From Catajapyx aquilonaris (taxonomy: Eukaryota), in the NCBI GenBank assembly GCA_000934665.2, contig KZ538396.1, positions 1 to 64,000 of the forward strand: 64,000 bases of DNA, in the 5' to 3' direction. The position numbers and the translations under genes are program-made. Shown here one piece after another: positions 25,201 to 36,264 of the stretch; the stretch's first letter is position 1; every line of letters begins with the position of its first letter. The notes below the pieces were generated by a model. That model was not told where the DNA came from. It saw nothing but the letters and a program-made list of their open reading frames with translations, and ran no database searches.

Positions 25201-28200
25201 GTTCTTCTGCCTTCTTGTCTAAGATCTTGGTGAGCTCTGACGTCACCTTCACTGCCACCAGCTCAATTGCCCCCTGGATTTTGGAGTCCAACTTCTTCTC
25301 GAAAGCTTGTAGTAAGTCGGCCATCTCTTCCTTTGAAATCCCCATTTGGACGGATTTGGCTGCCTATATGTGGCCTTGTGGATGAGCGCCCCTCACACGT
25401 CCTACTGCTTTGCTAGCCAGGAGGCAACTCCCGTACAGTACAAATTGAAAGTGGGAGGCACCCTTGAAAGCGTCCTGAATAACTCTACAAACCAAAAAAG
25501 AACCGGTCATTCTAGGTTCAACAGAGGTGCAGATATTACCTATTTTGTTTTTTAAAAAAATCTCAAAAACCTACATTTTCAATTTTTTGAAGTTAATTTA
25601 GGGACTTCTAAACGAGTAAAATTGTTCCATACACATTCATAGTGTTTTCCCTGATCGTATAGCTGTTATTATTCGTAAAAATTGTGTCTTGTGTGTATCT
25701 TCATAGTACATGTAACCCACGGTCTGTGTGGTTCGGGCCAATCTGGTAGCGAAGGTCCTACTTTCATAATGTTGGTTAAACCCTATGTTTATGTTACTTT
25801 GTGTGTGTGCAGTTCCCATTAGGTACCTCGGTCTCTGAGGCGACAAAGCCATTCCAGCTGCTGGTTACTATTGATCCTGATTCTTCAGACAATGGCTTAA
25901 AATTTTGTCTGTAACCGTTGTATTGTGAAGGGAATTTCAAAGGATAAAGGAAGGCTTACAATATTACTCACTTTACAAAAATTGGCTTGTTTAATCTGTG
26001 CTTAGCTTATTTAGATTGTGCCAGAATTAACTCTCTCTCTTATGTTTTTAAAGATCCATGAAATTGTCAAGCAAAATCCCATGGGGTTGAGCCTCCATGG
26101 GGCTGAACAATATAGGATTTACACTCTTACCCTGGAATAACTCAGCATCTATTTCTTAGCCCTTATGCCACCATTCTGTCCCAACTTCATTTGATTTTCT
26201 CTTGCTTGTAGTAGAGAACTTGTAGATGACATGTATGCAACCAAATCTAGATACATGTACAGCCAGCTCCTGACTTGTCTAACAAGGGAAGTGTCTGTAG
26301 GGGTATCGGCCAATCGGCCCGAAAATAACACTTAGGGTAAATCGCAGGCCATAAATTCATTGGTGAAAATAAAAAGTGCCAATAGCCAAGCGTTTTCGAG
26401 ATATGAGCGACGTTAGGTGCACGGCAAACCTGCGAGGTGACAAGGGGCGCATTCGGGGTAAGAAATGATAAACAGTCTTTGTGGCTCAGTCTGTAGAGCG
26501 TCCGTGTCATGTTCCAAAGTCTCCCCATTCAAGTCCGAGGGAAGCAACTCTCTCTCCTCTCTCTCTCTCTCTCTCCCNNNNNCCCCCCCCCCCCCTCGTC
26601 TTGGAGCATCATTTTCTTTTTCTTTTTTTCCCAACACCGTTTATCACCTCATATCTTCCCCTTTGCAATCAACAGGAATAAAACAGCTTGCTGGGAAATG
26701 CATTACTTTTTTTTTCTCCTGCCGATTCTTACCTACTCTCTCCATGGCTTCATATTCGGAAAAATGAATAGTCACAAGCTCAGTAAATAATAAATTATTC
26801 GTGTCCCTTCGTAATTATTTTTTTACGTATACTTTTCATTTATACTTCATTTATGGTTGCGGTTTCATTGAACACTTATTGTGAGTTGACACCTATCATC
26901 ACTCATATCTCGCAAACACTTGGCTATTGGCACTTTTTATTTTCACCAATGAATTATTTCTGGCCTGCTATTTACCAGAAGTGTCATTTTCGGGCCAATT
27001 GGCCAATACCTGTACAGACACTGCCCTTGTAAGTGGGTAGTTCCATGACAGTTCACCCCAAAAAAAATCCAAATGGCACCCTACATATTCCAATTTTTAC
27101 GAAATTTGGCACATGTGTTAAGACCGACATCAGTAGTACGTCTGAATATTTTCAAGTAGCAGAGGTCAATAGGTCAGGAGGTCAAAAATGAAACAAAAAA
27201 TGCACATTTTACAACATCGTGCCTTATATCTTCGGAACTATACATGCTAGGAGTATGGCCAATATGTCATTTGATTCACAACATTATGGAGAATCTACCA
27301 CATACCTTGATAGAATTTAGTAGCGTAAACTACCCGCAAAAAGTGGGAGGTCAGTGACATGACCTTTGACCCTTTGAGTATGATGTAAGGTAGAAACCTG
27401 AAAAAATATCCACGTGTACCTCTGCTGAATGCCTTTCATTTAAAAAAAATTAAGATGAGCAATATGTTTTGTTTTAGAGAAAAAAAATTCGAAGCGTAAC
27501 CCCACCCGACCCACAACCATCTCCCCGCAACCGTCGACGCGACGGTTGCGGGCCGGGTCGGGTGGGGTTACACTTCGGATTTTTTTTCTCTAAAACAAAA
27601 CATATTGCTCATCTTAAATTTTTTTAAATGAAAGGCATTCAGCAGAGGTACACGTGGATATTTTTTCAGGTTTCTACCTTACGTCATACTCAAAGGGTCA
27701 AAGGTCATGTCACTGACCTCCCACTTTTTGCGGGTAGTTTACGCTACTAAATTCTATCAAGGTATGTGGTAGATTCTCCATAATGTTGTGAATCAAATGA
27801 CATATTGGCCATACTCCTAGCATGTATAGTTCCGAAGATATAAGGCAAGATGTTGTAAAATGTGCATTTTTTGTTTCATTTTTGACACCTGACCTATTGA
27901 CCTCCGCTACTTGAAAATATTCAGACGTACTACTGATGTCGGTCTTAACACATGTGCCAAATTTCGTAAAAATTGGAATATGTAGGGTGCCATTGCTTGG
28001 GTGAACTGTCAGGGAATTACCCAAGTGTATCGTTCTACAACATTATAGCCTAAAAGTTGAGCTTCACGTACCTGTAACTCAGAATTATTTTTTAAATTAC
28101 ACAGGATATTGTACTGTACCTTATGTGTCTATGCTTAAATCACTGTTTTATTCAATTGAACCTGTCTCAAGCGGGAAGAGTTTCCTAGGGAGATCCAGAA

Positions 28201-29244
28201 GCAAGGGACAAATGTGCCTCGAACATGTTAAGTGAGTGATGGAATGAGTAAACGGTGCTTAGGCGGGAAGGTCCGAATTGCCACATGCTGAAACTTTACA
28301 CGTTTTGTCTTTATTGGCGGCATTTTACTTTACCAGTTTGTTCCCTAGATTCTTTGCAAATCTGATTTTTTTTTACATCATTCCAAATCATCATGTGTTT
28401 GAGCTACATTAAGTTGGGGGCTGTCTGAATATTCCACTTTTAAGCAACAAAGTAGGGAAGTCATGTGCTACTTTCGTCATTTTTTAAGATCCAGGCATGG
28501 CATGTTGGTGGTATACCCCATTGAAACAAATAGGAAGCATGACTCGAACATAAGCCTATACAGGGTGGCCCAACTTCAAGTGTAGTTTTATAACGGCTAT
28601 TAATAGAAGCGCTTTACAATTATCGTAGCAGCCACGTGTAAAATGGCCCGCTTCGGCGCCATCGAAAATATTAGCTGTGTTTTGTTTGCAGGCTTCCCCC
28701 TTGCATTACAGGTCCATGGTCCATCTGGTGCCTTGGACGTCACCCATTTCACCCAGACGCATCGCAGATCATGTGTGCACCTCCTTTTTTCCAGGTCAAC
28801 CCAGCAGCAGGGTTGATTACATGTGTGCTGCTATTGGCAGCTAATATTTTCGATGGCGCCAAAGTGGGACATTTTACACGTCGCTGCTACGTCATCGCAA
28901 AATCACTGCTATTAATCGCCGTTATAAAACGACACTTGAAGTTGCACCACCCTGCATTGTTCAGTGCTTCCAGCTAACATTGGGTTTTTGTCTTTCAGTT
29001 TGGTGTTGCAGTGGTGATAACAAATCAGGTAGTTGCACAAGTGGATGGAGCGGCCCTGTTTGCTGCTGATCCGAAAAAGCCAATTGGGGGTCACATAATG
29101 GCCCATGCATCCACAACTCGTCTGTACCTCCGGAAGGGGCGAGGGGAAACACGTATTTGCAAGATTTATGACTCACCTTGCTTGCCAGAATCAGAGGCAA
29201 CATTTGCAATTACCAAGGACGGAATAAGTGATGCAAAAGATTGA
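14604..29244 (+). CDS. RAD51: DNA repair recombinase RAD51, 5 coding exons (14604-14831, 14899-15108, 16262-16470, 16529-16658, 28999-29244), 340 aa
   Basis: All introns GT-AG and phase-compatible; FTTA oligomerisation motif, Walker A GEFRTGKT, Walker B LMVIDS, loop 1 [20 protein letters not shown], loop 2 [12 protein letters not shown]-terminal IYDSPCLPE. Confidence 0.97.
14899..15108 (+). CDS. RAD51: RAD51 coding exon 2
   Basis: [14 protein letters not shown]...[19 protein letters not shown]. Confidence 0.96.
16262..16470 (+). CDS. RAD51: RAD51 coding exon 3
   Basis: [26 protein letters not shown]...; donor GTAAAT. Confidence 0.96.
16529..16658 (+). CDS. RAD51: RAD51 coding exon 4 (not in the ORF track)
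   Basis: Manual translation [43 protein letters not shown]; donor GTAGGT. Confidence 0.95.
18650..19250 (-). repeat. Expanded degenerate (TAA/TAAA)n tract, probable LINE 3' tail
   Basis: 600 bp of T/A only; on the minus strand it follows AAGGGGTAAT directly downstream of the LINE ORF2 remnant. Confidence 0.85.
20131..22602 (-). mobile_element. Full-length pogo/Tigger DNA transposon (2472 bp)
   Basis: TA|CAGTAAAACTTCT..AAGTCGAA TIRs; subterminal TTCGAGTTA repeats; transposase inside. Confidence 0.95.
20330..21892 (-). pseudogene. Tigger/TIGD-like transposase (HTH_psq, CENP-B HTH, DDE_1; DD32D) with one in-frame stop at 20636-20638
   Basis: FNADETG / FVDNCPAH / QPMDQGII; ORFs 20636-21892 and 20330-20590 are in the same frame. 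Confidence 0.9.
23162..23893 (-). mobile_element. Internally deleted Tc1/mariner-superfamily element (rosa/maT-like)
   Basis: TA|CAGGGTGTCCCACTAC ~80-bp TIRs; N-terminal [16 protein letters not shown]..; C-terminal [28 protein letters not shown]. Confidence 0.9.
24196..24831. mobile_element. Non-autonomous element inserted between AAA and TTT with no TSD (Spy/PHIS-like)
   Basis: AAA|GGACCTGTTCAA...TTGAACAGGTCC|TTT; excision restores the LINE ORF1 frame LKSSQISISEDFS. Confidence 0.8.
26283..27029. mobile_element. Non-autonomous TIR element, ~130-bp imperfect TIRs, TAA flanks
   Basis: TAA|CAAGGGAAGTGTCTGTA...TACAGACACTGCCCTTG|TAA. Confidence 0.7.
27035..28022. mobile_element. ~990-bp foldback element, 4-bp TSD, GGG..CCC termini (Sola2-like)
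   Basis: AAGT|GGGTAGTTCC...GGAATTACCC|AAGT; arms pair to the centre ccgcaaccgtcg-acg-cgacggttgcgg. Confidence 0.85.
28561..28954. mobile_element. CAGGGTG-terminated MITE with ~120-bp arms
   Basis: CAGGGTGGCCCAACTTCAAGTG...CACTTGAAGTTGCACCACCCTG. Confidence 0.75.
28999..29244 (+). CDS. RAD51: RAD51 coding exon 5 (terminal)
   Basis: [17 protein letters not shown]...[38 protein letters not shown]...DAKD*. Confidence 0.96.
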   Translation, partial: FGVAVVITNQVVAQVDGAALFAADPKKPIGGHIMAHASTTRLYLRKGRGETRICKIYDSPCLPESEATFAITKDGISDAKD

Positions 29245-29446
29245 CAAGGGGACATAAGTACATCTCAAGCTCTCAAGCTGTGACATTTAGTGATGTGCGT
29301 GTGGTTGTCAGGCCAAGGTCAACATGCCTGGTCTTGTAACCTATATCATGGTGTGATAAGTTGTATGTGCGTGTTTTAACTTTGTGCCTTTTCCCCCCCC
29401 ACAAACGTATGAAGACTCTTTTTTTGACCATGAATACGTAGGCTAC

Positions 29447-29602
29447 ACTGCTGTCCCAAGCTGAAACACCCTATCTCCAAAACTAGTAAGGGTGAAGGAT
29501 GTGTGCATGGCCTGCAGTAATCCTCCCAGGAGTGCAGGGCATGAACGAGACTTTCACCCTGACTAGGTTTGGAGATAGGATGTTTCTCCTTGGGACGGCA
29601 GT
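29447..29602. repeat. Imperfect inverted repeat (small MITE) in the probable RAD51 3' UTR
   Basis: actgctgtcccaag..cctatctccaaa..agggtgaa versus ttcaccct..tttggagatagg..cttgggacggcagt. Confidence 0.7.
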
Positions 29603-30084
29603 ACAGTGGTTCTTACAACTTGAGGACATGACAGAATGATTGTTTGTAAACACTCCTAGCCATATTCTATATTTAGTATATTTTTAAATCAACATAAGCC
29701 AAGTTCATGCAGTGGTGTTAATCAAGTTCTTGATGTTATGCATTCTTTTTTCTTTTTTCTTTTGTATTTTTTTATTGTATACCCAATATCAATGACGAAA
29801 ATACCTGATCCCACCCATCATGATATTTGAATGCCACCCACTCTACATAACCCATTGCAATAATTTAGGGCAGAATGTGACGCTTGGCTGGGAAGGATGA
29901 ATATGGGGAGATTGAGGGATGGGGACATACATTAATGCATACATGATCACCTTTTGTATGATGTTTAAAAATGCTCTTTTCCTGTGCACTTGTGGTAAAA
30001 TCATCACTGATTCATTGTTGCAATTTTTGTTGTGTGGTTCGTCATAAGCAGTGTATTTCCATGTCATTCTCTCATAGTTTTACA

Positions 30085-31000
30085 TTATCAACTTTGCATT
30101 TCATGTTCAAAAATTCCAACGTGTCAATGTGTACAGTGTTGTGTAGTTCTTCACTAGGAGTGTGTTTCCCTTTGTCATATTTTTCACTTTGTCATATTTT
30201 TCACATGATCAACTTTGCCTTTCACGTTAAAAGTTTCATGTTCAAAACTTCTGTCAATGTGTACAAGATCAACTTTGTGTTTCACGTTAAGTTTCATGTT
30301 CAAAACTGCAACTTCGTCAATGTGTAATAGATCAATTTTGTCAATGTGTAAGAGATCAACTTTGCCTTTCACCTTAAAAGTTTCATGTTCAAAACTTCTG
30401 TCAATGTGTACAAGATCAACTTTGTCAATGTGTACGAGATCAACTTTGTGTTTCACTTTAATAGTTTCATGTTAAAAACTGCAATTTTATCAATGTGTAA
30501 TAATGTTCAATGTGTACAGTGTTGTGTAGTTCTTCACTAGGAGTGTGTTTCCCTGTCATATTTTTCACATGATCAACTTTGCCTTTCACGTTAAAAGTTT
30601 CATGTTCAAAACTTCTGTCAATGTGTACAAGATCAACTTTGTGTTTCACATTAAGTTTCATGTTCAAAACTGCAACTTCGTCAATGTGTAATAGATCAAT
30701 TTTGTCAATGTGTAAGAGATCAACTTTGCCTGTTTCATGTTCAAAACTTCTGTCAATGTGTACAAGATCAACTTTGTCAATGTGTACGAGATCAACTTTG
30801 TCAATGTGTACGAGATCAACTTTGTCAATGTGTACGAGATCAACTTTGTCAATGTGTACGAGATCAACTTTGTGTTTCACGTTAATAGTTTCATGTTAAA
30901 AACTGCAATTTTATCAATGTGTAATAGATCTTTGTGTTTCACATTAACAGTTTCATGTTCAAAACTGATACTTTGTCAATGTGTACAAGATCAACTTTTT
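30085..31000. repeat. Modular minisatellite with a 24-bp core (GATCAACTTTGTCAATGTGTACGA) and a ~390-bp higher-order duplication
   Basis: Tandem 24-mers at ~30765-30870; block 30124-30500 repeated from 30507. Confidence 0.9.
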
Positions 31001-31021
31001 GTATGATTATTAAAAAATGCA

Positions 31022-31237
31022 CTATAGATCAGTCAACATATGAACGCAACTGAGTGTGGCGCACAGGATGCAATCCTAGAATGAGAAGTGATCTGTGCTC
31101 AAGCACGATATGATCTGTTGCAGGATACACTAACGTATTTCTGACACTGGAATGGCCATACAGATCACTTCTGGTTCCAGTATTGTGCACCACGGCGATG
31201 CACACTCGGTTGCGTTCTTATGTTGACCGATTTATAG
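31022..31237. mobile_element. Degenerate hairpin element with CTATA..TATAG termini
   Basis: ctatagatcagtcaacatatgaacgcaactgagtgtg versus cacactcggttgcgttcttatgttgaccgatttatag. Confidence 0.7.
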
Positions 31238-31337
31238 TAGTAAAACCATCAATGGCTCATTACTGAGATTTTTGTTATGCAGTTCTTCACTAGTAGTGTA
31301 GTGTTTCCTTGCCCTCTTGTATATAGAAGCAGTAGTG

Positions 31338-32084
31338 CAGGGTTATTCAACTTGACAAGGTCCAGTATATTACCTTTCCTGGGCCATTGAAGGTCCGGAC
31401 CCCCCCCTTCCCCCGCCCTCCCGGGTAAAGATATGGATTTTGCATGGTACCACAGGGTTCATTTTTGAAAATAGAAACATGTGCAAGTGCAACAAGGGTA
31501 CAAGGGTCTATCAAGACAGGACATATTAAGACATTTTCGCCCTTTACGATGTCCTGTACAGGAGCGTAGGCAGAAGAAATTTCGAAGGGGGGCCCATTAC
31601 ATAAGCACAAGGTGAACGAGCCCGCCGCAGGTGGGAATTTTTTGGGGGTTCAAGGTCACACGAGCTTTAAAGGTGAATGTGGGAGTTTTGAATGGGTGTG
31701 TATTTGATGAAATTAGTAGCACTTTTTACAAAAAATCATGAGTTAGTAATTGTGGCGTCCAAAGTCAAAAGGCAGTATCTGGACTTTTGGGGGGGTCCGA
31801 GAAAAAGGCACTTGAAGTTCAACATGGTTTTTTTCGCATACAGTAAGAGCTACCTAAATGAAAATATGATGGCACATGTATGTTTTAGCGCCGAATTCAA
31901 CGGAAGACATATTTCAAAGGTGACATAACTCCTTCAGACAATTTTGTAAATACTGCCTTCTGCACGTGCAGATACTGCCTTTTGCCTTGGGACGCCACAA
32001 TTTCTAATGCTATTTCAAATTGTCCCATATATCGTCGCAGGTCCGGACAAAATTGTATAGCGGTGCGCCAGTTGAATAGCCCTG
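31338..32084. mobile_element. hAT-like non-autonomous element
   Basis: CAGGGTTATTCAAC...GTTGAATAGCCCTG; imperfect 8-bp TSD; internal segment shared with 60253-60716. Confidence 0.6.
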
Positions 32085-33859
32085 CAGTTGTAGTGTATGC
32101 CAAATGTCAGTGTGTGCACTACTGCTCATAAGGAATGGTACGACTCTATGGACACAGTGTTGATCCTGTTTCCAACCCCTGGGTTCCCAGCATGAGTGGA
32201 ATTTTCATTGCACTTCTAGTTACTGCTAACTTAACAGTACCAATGCACTACACTGGTACTGCAATACACCCCATGTTTTTAAGAGGGGGGGGAAGGCCCG
32301 GAAAGAGAAATAAAAATAAAGAAAAAAAGAGAAGAAAACAACAAGGCAACGAAGGAAAATTTTAGGGAGGAAATTCATATAAAAAATCTAAGCATTGTAC
32401 AGTACCAGTACCGTTTATAGAGAATTGTACGACTCTATATGGACGAAATGTTTATTCTGTTCCCAACCCCTGGGTCGCCAGCATGTTTTTAGGGGTCACG
32501 AGGAAGTCCGGGAAAAGGTAATCAAAATAAAATAAAAAAGAGAAGAGAGAAACAAAGCTAAGTATAGGAAAATTTTAGGGGGGAAATTCACATCAAATCT
32601 ACGTAAGCATTGCACCGGGTTGAACATTTTGGTCATTAAAATTTTAATTTAAAAATCGGGATGGGTCATACGAGTCACCAGAGGTCCAGAAAAGGTTGTC
32701 CATAGGGTTTTGTTGAATTAAGGTTGGGAATAATGCTCGACAATCAGGATAAACATTTCGTCCATAGAGTCGTACCATTCTTTATGAGTGGGACTGTACA
32801 TAGGGTTGTGATGAAAACAGGTTGGGAACCACTGCTGCACCATCAGGATAAATATTTCGTCTATAGAAGATGAGCTCAATAATTTTACATGATCATCTTT
32901 GAAACCCCATCCCACTGACAACACCGAAAGTGTGGCTGGATTGGAATGGTGGTGTGTGTCAGCCCACTTCTACTGGAGAGATCAGAGACCATTCATAGAA
33001 TTTGCTGGCCGTGTAAAGGCATTTATCCCATCCCAAAGTTGTCCTATTTTAATATGCAAATATACAAATATTCCAAAAATCTTAAACACTTCCAATCCAA
33101 GGATTTTGGATAAAGGATTTTCAACCTGAATTTTCATATGTTGCAAAAGTTGCTCTGACTGCCATTGTTTCTGCTTATAGAGTGGTTGCTGAGTAATCAC
33201 GTTTAATTTCCCCTTCTATGGTCCTTGCTCTTGGTTTCATTTTGTTGGGTCGGAGCAGTTACTGAGTAATTGTGCTGGAAGTTTTTACATTTTCAAGGCA
33301 TTTCTCATGGAGTCTGCTTGGAATCATGTCATATGTAGGATCGGAAATGTTTTAAGTACAGCAGGTCTAACGCAGCAGTCATAGTTTTCTTCATTTTCTG
33401 TTACGAGGCATGTCCCACCCATTGCCATATCTGAATACCAACCACTCCCCACAAACCAGCTCTTAGGACCTGGTGTTTGAAAGCAAAATGAGAAAATTGC
33501 CAGTTACTTCCATGTATGTATTGTGAATGTTTGTATGTTACTTGTTACATACACATGATTGCTTCCTTAATTTGCTTTCGTGAAAAGCTCCTACTAAGTC
33601 ATTGCAGCACACACTCAGTATCTACTCCTAAGTCTTAACACTGCATGTTCTTAATAATAATTGTTGAGTCAGTCCAGCTTTGATGCAGTAGGCCTACAAT
33701 ACTTCATGAAAGGCATGCATAGTAGATACCAGTAGATACCCTTCTAAGACATGGTGCCATTGATTGTCAATGTGAAGCAGGTTGTTCACATTGATAATCA
33801 TTAGTAATATTGATTGGTTTTTAATAAAATTTGGCTTTTCTTAACAAGTACCTTGTATT

Positions 33860-34400
33860 GAAGATTCCACTGGAGGGACACTGGATAGAGGAAGGATCAC
33901 CTCTGCTCACCCGTCCGCGGCAATAATTGCTACTTGAAAGAATATTGCCATTAACACGAATCTGTTGGCTAACTCGAGATCATATTCGCAATACTATGAG
34001 ATCAAAACATCCCGCGAAGTAGAACCATACTGGTCATTTAATTTGCCCTTGGCCCCTTTACTCACCTGGGTGTGCTTGCATGGTCTCTCAGTCTATCTCT
34101 GGTGTGATGGAGTTAAGACTGAATTTACCGAAACCAAATGTGAATGGTGTAACGCGAATTTGAATATGGACTTGTTTCATTTTTGTATGTGTGTCCATAT
34201 TTTCGCACCCCACGTTTTCAATTTCTCTCTTGTTTACCAAAGGTCCCACACGACAAAATTTTACAGGCTTTTTGTTCTCCGAATCCTCTTATTTTTAGTG
34301 CACATAATTTTTTTTGCAATGTATCGAAGAGAATTCAAATGTCCTGGGTGTAAGCAAGTGGAGGTGTGTGCCCCGAAAAGAGCGCCACTCTAATAAGGGG

Positions 34401-34440
<40 letters not shown>

Positions 34441-34445
34441 AAAAC
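33860..34445 (+). mobile_element. LINE 3' end (ORF2 C-terminal CxxC region) with (TAAA)n tail
   Basis: YYEIK..EPYWSFNLPL..CEWCN resembles 39794-40108 and 19614-20117; AAGGGGTA then (AATA)n. Confidence 0.65.
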
Positions 34446-36205
34446 ATTGCCATTAACACTTGAAATTTGCTGTACTACGCATGATGTGTGGAATTGTTTG
34501 TGATGGCAACCTGCATGTTTTCCATCTATTCGGTTGATCACAGACATGTTAATGGCGAAATTTTGGGCGTAATAATTATGAGTAATGGCGACGCACAGTG
34601 TGACATTTCAGCAATCCAGCGGGATTTAAATGGAAAAGTGACCCCTCTCTAATATACGAAAACACAACTTATTATTTAGGAAGAGTCATGTCTCGTTGTT
34701 AATAAAATGTGGGTTAAGTTCATTTTAAGAGTCCCACATCACCTAAAAAAATGGACCTATCCATACCCCCACCGGACCACATTACGAGATACTTCCACGC
34801 AAGCGATTATCATTCATTTACTTTGCTGGACAAGTGTGCTGCATGCCCACATTGCATCTTGGTTAGAATTTTGTTTTCTGCAACTTCAGACCTGGCAAGG
34901 TAAGTTTACTGGCATTTATATTACTCTCTAAACACAGCATTGTATAATATATTATAGCAAATTTTCAAAACATATTGCCTCAGGAATCAGTGTTGCGCCA
35001 CGAGGCATTATTTGACACTTTTACTATATTTTACCGTGTTTTACCCACCTCATACCACATGTAGCCTACACAAAAGTAGGGCATATGGGCTATTCAAAAA
35101 TGTAATAAAATTTTGCCGAAGTTTGCGCAACTGCCTAAAAGTTACTCGTTTTCAGAATGTGCCCCCGCATTCACACGTTTTTTTTTGACATAATATTTGT
35201 GTGTAGCATTAATGACAGAAGCAAGAGTTATAATCATATTTTACCGTATCAGTTTTGTAATTATGTGAAATAATGGCTAATAAAATTGCACAATTATGTA
35301 GGCTAATTATTTTAAATGTGATTACTATAAATGCCTATAAAGGCATTACAAACCGTTTCTCATGTGCAGTATTATTCATAAAAATAACCCATTTAAAAGT
35401 ATTCCCGCACATAGTTTTTCACACAGGAATAAAATCCCGCTGGATTGCCGAAATGTCACACTGTGCGACGTGGGTAGAGGATGTTTTTTTGGACTTTCTC
35501 ATGGGCCTGGCCTTTTCAACGGGATATGTAACTATGCTGTATTTGCAGTTGAAACCACAGGCGCAACTGGAAAGGCTGCCACTGGAAATGAGTTTCCGTC
35601 ATATATTTACAAGAATGTGATCTCAATTCTGAACGATTCTGAATCACGAGGTCAATTGCCAAGTCTGACCGCTTGAATGCGCCACCCAACAGCAAATATT
35701 TGGAAGCACTCTTTCACGCCAAATCGTTATATATTGTATTCGACCACCTGTATCTCAATAAATAAACCAACCATTGCCTTTAGTTTCATGATAATTCTCC
35801 CACAAAATGCAACATCTCAGGTTATACCCAAATTCTGCATAAATTCAATGCATGGCAGTATCGTAGCAAGGCGCAAAAACAGGTGGTGCCGTGCGCATAG
35901 AATTCCATACTACTGCGTTGTAACCTATGTGCGCACGCAAGGCCGCAAACGTAGGGAACATCACTACGCCCATGACTACGCCACACGATGGAATCTGACA
36001 ATGCGCAAAGTGCTGTATTAGTAAGAAATATTCCCCTTTCGGTTCGTTCCTGCTGTCTGTTGCTAACACTCGTCGGAACTCGGAACCTGCTTACACATTG
36101 TTGAAACCGTAAATCTCGGATGTGGGAAGCGGTGCCTTCGTGAGTCGACAGGTTTCATCCAGCGTTCTAAGTTCTAGCAAGCCGTCCATCGAAACCAGCC
36201 GGAAG

Positions 36206-36264
36206 ATGAGTGCGCCGGCGAAAACGAAGACAGGGAAGTCGAAATCGCCTACGAGTAACCAGAG
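36206..36264 (+). CDS. DPP3: DPP3 predicted first coding exon
   Basis: AAGATGAG start in a CpG-rich stretch, [19 protein letters not shown], donor AG|GTATGA; phase 2 matches the downstream exons. Confidence 0.6.

Larger units (their letters stand above)
19250..25400 (-). mobile_element. CR1/L2-group LINE: ORF1 plus internally deleted ORF2, interrupted by three DNA transposons
   Basis: ORF1 (25345 onward: coiled coil, [24 protein letters not shown]); endonuclease start SWNIAGL (~22800-22825); ORF2 C-terminal region [19 protein letters not shown] continuing into ORF 19614-20117. Confidence 0.8.

Noticed and set aside
14604..29244. DMC1 identity
   Set aside because: Loop 1 ([10 protein letters not shown]) and loop 2 (VVAQVDG) are RAD51-type.
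30085..31000. CRISPR-like array or HIDKVDLV repeat protein
   Set aside because: No unique spacers, no cas genes, eukaryotic context; the ORFs follow from a 24-bp unit.
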